Source: Tubulanus polymorphus
Taxonomy: Eukaryota; Animalia; Nemertea
Assembly: GCF_964204645.1 (NCBI RefSeq)
Contig: NC_134025.1
Coordinates: forward strand, 24,346,299-24,410,298
Direction of reading: 5' to 3'
DNA length: 64,000 nucleotides
Of the stretch, positions 57,901 through 64,000 are shown piece after piece (positions within the stretch are counted from its first letter, which is position 1; every line of letters begins with the position of its first letter). The notes below the pieces were generated by a model, which worked only from the letters and a program-made list of their open reading frames with translations, did no database searches and was not told the DNA's origin. Made by a program: the position numbers and the translations under genes.

Positions 57901-60900
57901 AATACACTTGTAATTCTATTGTTTATATGTGCAATATTCTGCTTGCCGACACCAGAACAGTATTTCACAAAAATCACAAAATACCAATCAGTAAGCATGC
58001 AAGTATGCATGCATTTTTTTCTAAAGCTAAATAAGTCAATAAGTGTTATCCAAATTGCAGTATTACATTGTGTTTCAGTGTAAAAATTAAAGTCACCCTC
58101 ATAACACCTCAATAACATTCTGAAGCTGTTAAGTTTAACAGCCGGCAAACCCATTATTTACTTGCTTAGTGTTCAAAAGGCTTGCTCATTCCATTATGAT
58201 TTTTATGTAAAGTGTACAACCAACTAAATCAAATTCATACTAAGTGTTTCCTTAACCAAGAAATTCATTCAGACAGTGTCAATACTCACAAAGTCACAAG
58301 CTAGTGTTAATTTTGACATGCATTTACAAAGTTATTTTGTGAGCAAAAGCTTCATGAGTAAATTGTGACGATTGAAAATAGTAAATTTACCATCACACCA
58401 ACTGTATTACGTCCCTGAATAAAAGCATGTTATTTCGTCTATTAATTCTTTCTAATTATTAAGAAAGCACAAATAAAAATGAATAAAATACCATTGATGA
58501 ACACAGGAAGATGCGCAAGACATTAGAAAGCTTATAAATGAATAAGAGAAATCGCTGAATTAAGCAAACATCAAAATTGATTACAATCATACCTGCAGTG
58601 TTTCGCTTAGATCATCATTTTCATTATCAGATGTGCCATGAACGTTGACTGAAAAAAAGAAGAAAATATCACAAATTAATTATCGTTTATTAGTTATCAA
58701 TACAGACAGATACCCATTAAAATAACATTAGCACCATTTTAGTTGCTAGGATCATAATAGAAAAACACCAGGTAAATTCAGAAACAATCTCCTGAAAAAT
58801 TGTTGAAAAGCACAAGGTTTGGAACCATAAAAATTCTGGTGACAAGCACACAAGAAAGACACATAGGAGACTTCACTTCATGGAAAAAGATTCATTTCAA
58901 TGACATGCTTATTTAAAAACAAAGGAACATAGCAGGGATGAGGAAACTACGATACAGAACAAAGTTGCAAAGAAAGGTTTCCTTCTTCAAACTTTCAAAC
59001 CTGAACTGAAAACATTGAAGGATGCCTCAACTGATCATCAAAACTTCAATCAAGCTTTAAATGTAAGTGCGCTTTTAATGGATCAACTATGGAACATCGT
59101 GAACACTGATTGTTATCAAAGTATTGTAAACGTAGTAAAATAAGAATAAAACTTTGATAAAGAACAGTGTTAATTCGAATAGTGATGTTAATTTTCATTA
59201 ATAGAAGATAAATGAGATCCGAAGAGCAATCCTTTAACAAATGATGCACTTATACTCACTGGACTGGGTATCAGATTGTACATCAGTGACATCATTCCAA
59301 TCATCTGGGCATAACACGTGAAGATGTTTTTTTATGAATATACTGAACAATCAACCATGATGAATTTCCTCCCCTCCCACAGAGGACATTTTCAAGAAGA
59401 CAAGTACATGTATGTTTAAATGAACATACATTTAGATGATGCTAATACATGTACAGTAGTTATCAAGACAGAAAAGTGTGAAAATTATCACTGTCTATAA
59501 TGGTGGAGTTTATTTTTCATGCAGGCTATTATTGTCTTCAGTTCTAAAATCTGTCAGTAACAGCAGGTCTACCATAGATTCATAAAACATTCAACTACCT
59601 TAACATTTAAATCAAGCGAAAATTATTGAATGACTTTTTCTAAACCTTTAAGAATATTTACCTGCTCTTGCTACGCTTGCAACTGGTCGGAACACGCATG
59701 ATACGATTATCGATCCCAATGCATCGTCATCAACTTTACCAACATTCAAGATATTGTAACTAAGATTTAGAGTCTTGTATACGACATATGGCTCTTCCTG
59801 AAATGAAGACATTATCAACTGATATGAAATGGACATTAATTCGATTCAACTCATAGAAAGTTTTTCCAAATAATTAGTAGAATCGTACCGGTGACAATGT
59901 GATATGTGTAGTACCCATGAAATCATCGTCGTTGGCATCATAGCCATCCCAGTCGTAGATGAGAAATGATAAATCAGTCTGAATAAAGAAAAAACAAAAT
60001 AAAAAACAAAGTAGCAAATTAGCATGGCTAAAAGGTGCTAGAAATCTAGCCATGTAGGAACTGAATGTACATAGTCACAATAAAGCTACTAGCCTTTGTG
60101 AAGTCATCCACGAAGAATTCAGCAGTCTCATCCCATTTAGGGTTTCGTGTACAATTCACATAATTACTGGTTTTCACCTGAAATCAAAGCAGAATTCATA
60201 ATTATGGGCCAGTGCATTTTGTGTCATTCATTAATTTTTTGGGGACCTCAAAGGGAATCAATGGACTTAATAAACATACCCGTTTTCTATTGGCAAACAG
60301 TACAAAGTATGGATCAGATGTGCCTGATCTGTCCATTGCGAGTAAATTAAGGCCACCATGTACAGTCACAAACATAACACCAGCTGTACCTACGTATGTA
60401 AAAAGTATTTTTTCAGTAATGATGCCGAGGAGCTAGTTTTTGCTTAGAAAAGTGCAGATGAAAACTCTATAAAATTTGAGTTTCCTAACCAACTCACAAG
60501 TACTGTAATCAATATCAGTCTCGGGTTTGGGTTCCATTTGTAAACTGAGGAGGTTCACTTCTTTTACCGGCGTATAATCCATCACAACTGTCAACTTGGT
60601 GTCGGCTTCTTTCGTTGTTTCAAGTACAGCTTCAACCCTGCAACGATATATTTCACATTGAAAACTATTGAACTGCTAACTAACTCAGGGCCGGTGTTCA
60701 AATTTAAGATATCGATCAATAATAACCTTTGTAATGTAATTGATTACATGTGGCACAAAACATTAAAGCCATGCATTGAAATTTTTAGATTTATACATCT
60801 GGTTTTATACTAAAGGTCTGTTACTTTAACTAAACATATGTTCATAGAAACTGACAATATGTATAGTTCTTACTACATATAGTATCGATTTTAAACAACT

Positions 60901-63436
60901 GATTATACAAACAATACCAATTTTCAAAAGTAACAGTTGTTTTGGAGACATATTACATACAATGTAACGAATTTCTCTACTCACCGTCCACCTAGTAAAT
61001 CATAGCTGCTCAATAACAAATCGTAACTCATTAACGTTACACTGCTAAACATTCGTTTACATTTCGCTTTAATCATCATCTGAAAAGCGTTGAATTGAAA
61101 AACCTGTAGGCCTATGGTATGATTGATTCTTACAGAGTAGATTTATCTAAACGTACGTAACTATAAAGAGAAATATTGCAGTAAATTTGTTACTGGTACT
61201 CAAGGGTATTATTGGGCATTTCATTTTTTCTAATTTCAAATCATAATTCTCTTAAAGAAAGCCATATTGATTCATTTTATATGCTTATAAGTAAATTGTA
61301 CTATTGGCTGTACATTGCAAAAATCTGTACTCATAAGTCTAAGATGAAAATATGATGCAAAAGCACTATTACAGCCTTAGAAAATATTTCGTTTTATGTA
61401 ATACATAGTGGTAAAAATTGCCATACCCTATCTTTTTTGTAATCGTACACAAGGAATGAACATGTTTCCTGCCAGCCATGATTACCCTGCGTTTCTTTTG
61501 TCTCATGGCTCTGTTCACCGAGGCTGACTTTACAGAAACGAATATCAGAAATAGAGTGACCTGAAAAACAAAGAAAAAATTAAAAGGAAATGTTTCTAAA
61601 TGATGTACCTGATATGAATACATCGACCCCCCACAACAGCTCACAATTCGACTGATACTAAGTAACAAGTATGTTTTCAATAGACAACCTAAAATCTTTA
61701 TTGCTACAAAATTATGAAGCTTTAAATTGATCACACCATATAACTCGATAGAGCCCCATAGCCTTAACCATAAGAATTCATATTTGCCCAAGTTTGACTA
61801 CCGAGCTATCAACATTACCTTGTCATACAATTTTGTATGAAATTATGGAGAAATTAATATTTCATTAACTGATTATAACATGTAACTTCATATACATGTA
61901 CACCTGTGACTACTGTGCAACATCTATGTATTATATGTTTAAATTGTATTGCCTGCACCAGGTGCCAAGCTTCAACTCCACCAGTACCAGGTATATGATC
62001 ATATACCATTATTATTCAAACTCTATTCACACAGACAATAATCAGAAACAGAAATTAATGTGACGCCTGACAGCATTTTGATTGACAAATACGTTTAAAG
62101 AATCTGTTTTCATTCAAAATCCTTTAGATGAAGATACATGTACATTCGTTTTGAGGGGGGGAGAAATTCAAAGATCTGAGGCATCGATGATTTGCCAGGT
62201 TTAATAGCATACCCGGTACTTTAAATTCAAAACAAAATGATTTCTTTTTATCGGTGCTGAAAAAAATACAAATATCTTTAAGTCATGGATAAGATAATCA
62301 AGTTTCCCATTGACACCTGGACTAATTATAGAGAGGGTCTTGACCACCCCGGCACCTGACTTAGCTGATTAATTGGATGGATTAGTAGCAAAGAAGATAA
62401 TTCTAAAAACAATGATGATGACATTTAGGAGCAGAGCTGATCAGCCAATTCATTACAAAGCTCCATTAATTGTCATCAGGGAAGTTCCATAATCTCTGCA
62501 TGTAGAAGCATAATCAGTTAAAGTAGTGTGCATTGGTGTGCATGTAATTAATACCTTCAGATGAAGTGTCATCAGATTTTGCTGAAAGGCAAAATTGCTA
62601 CATTTTAAATTGGTTTGGTTAATTCTATATAAGGTCACACCGCCCTGATTCTATCGACCACAACAGTCACACACCAAAGGAGGCCTATCAAGATGAAAGC
62701 GATGATTTATGAAACTGTTTGAACAGTACTAATCTATGCAATAATGAAATGAACGAAAATATCAAACAGAACATTATAAATTCATGCGAAATGTATATAG
62801 CAAAACACACAGCAAAATCTTCATACCTGAAACTTGTGAAGTATCGCCCTTTATCGTCAATGTCAGAACACCTTCGGCTGTGGAAAAAATCACGGAAAAT
62901 ATTCTTTTAACTTTGCATATTTATCGAACAACAGGATTTACCCAGTTATGGCGATAGAAAGAGTTTCCGAAAAAACATTATTCTCACCAAAAGTGTTCGG
63001 AGAACTGCTATAACTTGGTCCCGTTGATTCTTTCATTTTTGTAAGATCAATTTCGTAACGCCATGGATCGACCATTGTGAGTTGTAAAGCGTCGATGACG
63101 AAGTCATGAAGCCAGTTCTTCAATCCTGGAATATCACTGACCTGGAGTGCTTTTAGCACCTTTACAGAAAACCAAATCTTTGGCCTAAAGAAAAGTTTAT
63201 CCACTGAATGCGCTAATAGTTCTCATACCATATTCCAGATTTAAACAGGTTTAGATTTTTGATGCAGTTGAATACAGTTTTTCTATTTGGTTTGATATCA
63301 TACTTACTTTTCTGTGAAAGACACTTGGGCTTTGGCAATGTGAGGAAATGGAATGTTTTGGTTAAAATGTAGCGTAATCTGTAGATGGCCAGATATATTC
63401 AGATTTTCGACGACGATATCAGGACCAGTATTCATC
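51958..63436 (-). CDS. SMP-domain plus four-C2-domain membrane-contact-site protein (extended synaptotagmin/tricalbin-like); 5' end outside the window
   Basis: SMP exons 63436-63308 and 63184-62988 (VENLNISGHLQI..PFPHIAKAQVSFTEKPKIWF..IPGLKNWL). C2 exons 62877-62827, 61560-61427, 61079-60985, 60637-60498, 60389-60280 (LLAMDRSGTSDPY), 60177-60094 (NPKWDE), 59978-59889 (IYDWD..DDFMG), 59797-59662, 58648-58593, 57888-57693 (KAKDLVAKDKNG), then exons encoding SDPFC..LNPVWDE and VWDRD. Later exons 54709-54531, 54455-54421, 54315-54195, 54120-54009, 53088-52974 and a last exon 52124-51958 with a basic tail. Confidence 0.88.
55758..56000. repeat. Diverged tandem duplication, period about 130 bp
   Basis: atgatgccattatg.ccattgtta..aaaggcat.gaa.ctc..gaaaaatgaaa.ggtcaat.aacaacat..aggttcaaa..taagactg occurs twice. 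Confidence 0.8.
56019..56202. mobile_element. Degenerate Tigger/pogo-like MITE
   Basis: agtagactccactcaagtaggatc / gatccgatttcagcaaagtctactg|ta. Confidence 0.55.
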
Positions 63437-64000
63437 CTGTACAGAAATAGCAATACCTATGAGTTAGAAGACTTCAGCAATAGAAGAAACTGGAAAAATG
63501 CTTGGGTTACAGAAAACAAAATATTGAAACAAATTTACAACACTGCAGCTCGAATCAGTTACTGGTAAATTTCAATGAAAACAATTTCAATGAAAACAAT
63601 TTGAAACTGACATAAGATAAACATAATTCAACAAATTTTTTTGATGCCGTAAAAAACCGTTACAATAATGTTTACATATATTGATACCTATTTGGCTTTA
63701 TCTAAAGGGTTCTGTGTGAGTACCGTAGATGTGCTCTATGTCATCAATATTGGCATTTCAAAACAATCTCAATTGCGAATTTTGGCATTATTTTCTATTA
63801 AACATACTTCATAACTCTTATTTTTGATAAGGGTTTTTAAGGGTTTCTGTGTGAGAACTATGTCATCTATACATCGGGGATACACTGGTTGCCGGCCAAT
63901 TCAATTCAATTATTGATATATAAAAATAAAAAAAACTTAATATTGAGCAATATATGTGTAATTTTTCAAGGCGTCAATTGATGTTCACGTTTGTTTTCTT

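Overview
AT-rich, intron-dense nuclear DNA from an invertebrate animal (probably lophotrochozoan; inferred, not proven). All gene models were spliced by hand from GT/AG signals and frame continuity. Positions 278-32970 hold the 5' part of a ryanodine receptor gene (minus strand, about 1050 N-terminal codons: N-terminal MIR/RIH region, SPRY1 and RyR repeats 1-2), continuing off the left edge. An intronless class A peptide GPCR is nested antisense in one RyR intron. A compact gene block follows: ADF/cofilin (-), NAA30 (-), COA6 (+), an uncharacterised 381-aa protein joining a TBP-like (RNase HIII/RnlA N-terminal-like) module to a single-motif PLD-superfamily nuclease domain (-), a coiled-coil protein resembling kinetochore SKAP/KNSTRN (+), COX8 (+), and the 3' part of an SMP plus multi-C2 extended-synaptotagmin-like gene (-). 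Several MITE families and tandem duplications are present. The most unusual signal is a dispersed set of about 20 sequence-unrelated, mostly 60-400 nt branched fold-back islands. Their wobble pairs are almost all G-U on the + strand whatever the host gene orientation, and the largest is a roughly 400-nt intergenic candidate structured RNA at 42.7-43.1 kb. These were found by eye and need computational confirmation. Other candidates are two alternative RyR first exons, an 18-nt RyR microexon and a cluster of frame-preserving micro/cassette exons in the C2 gene.
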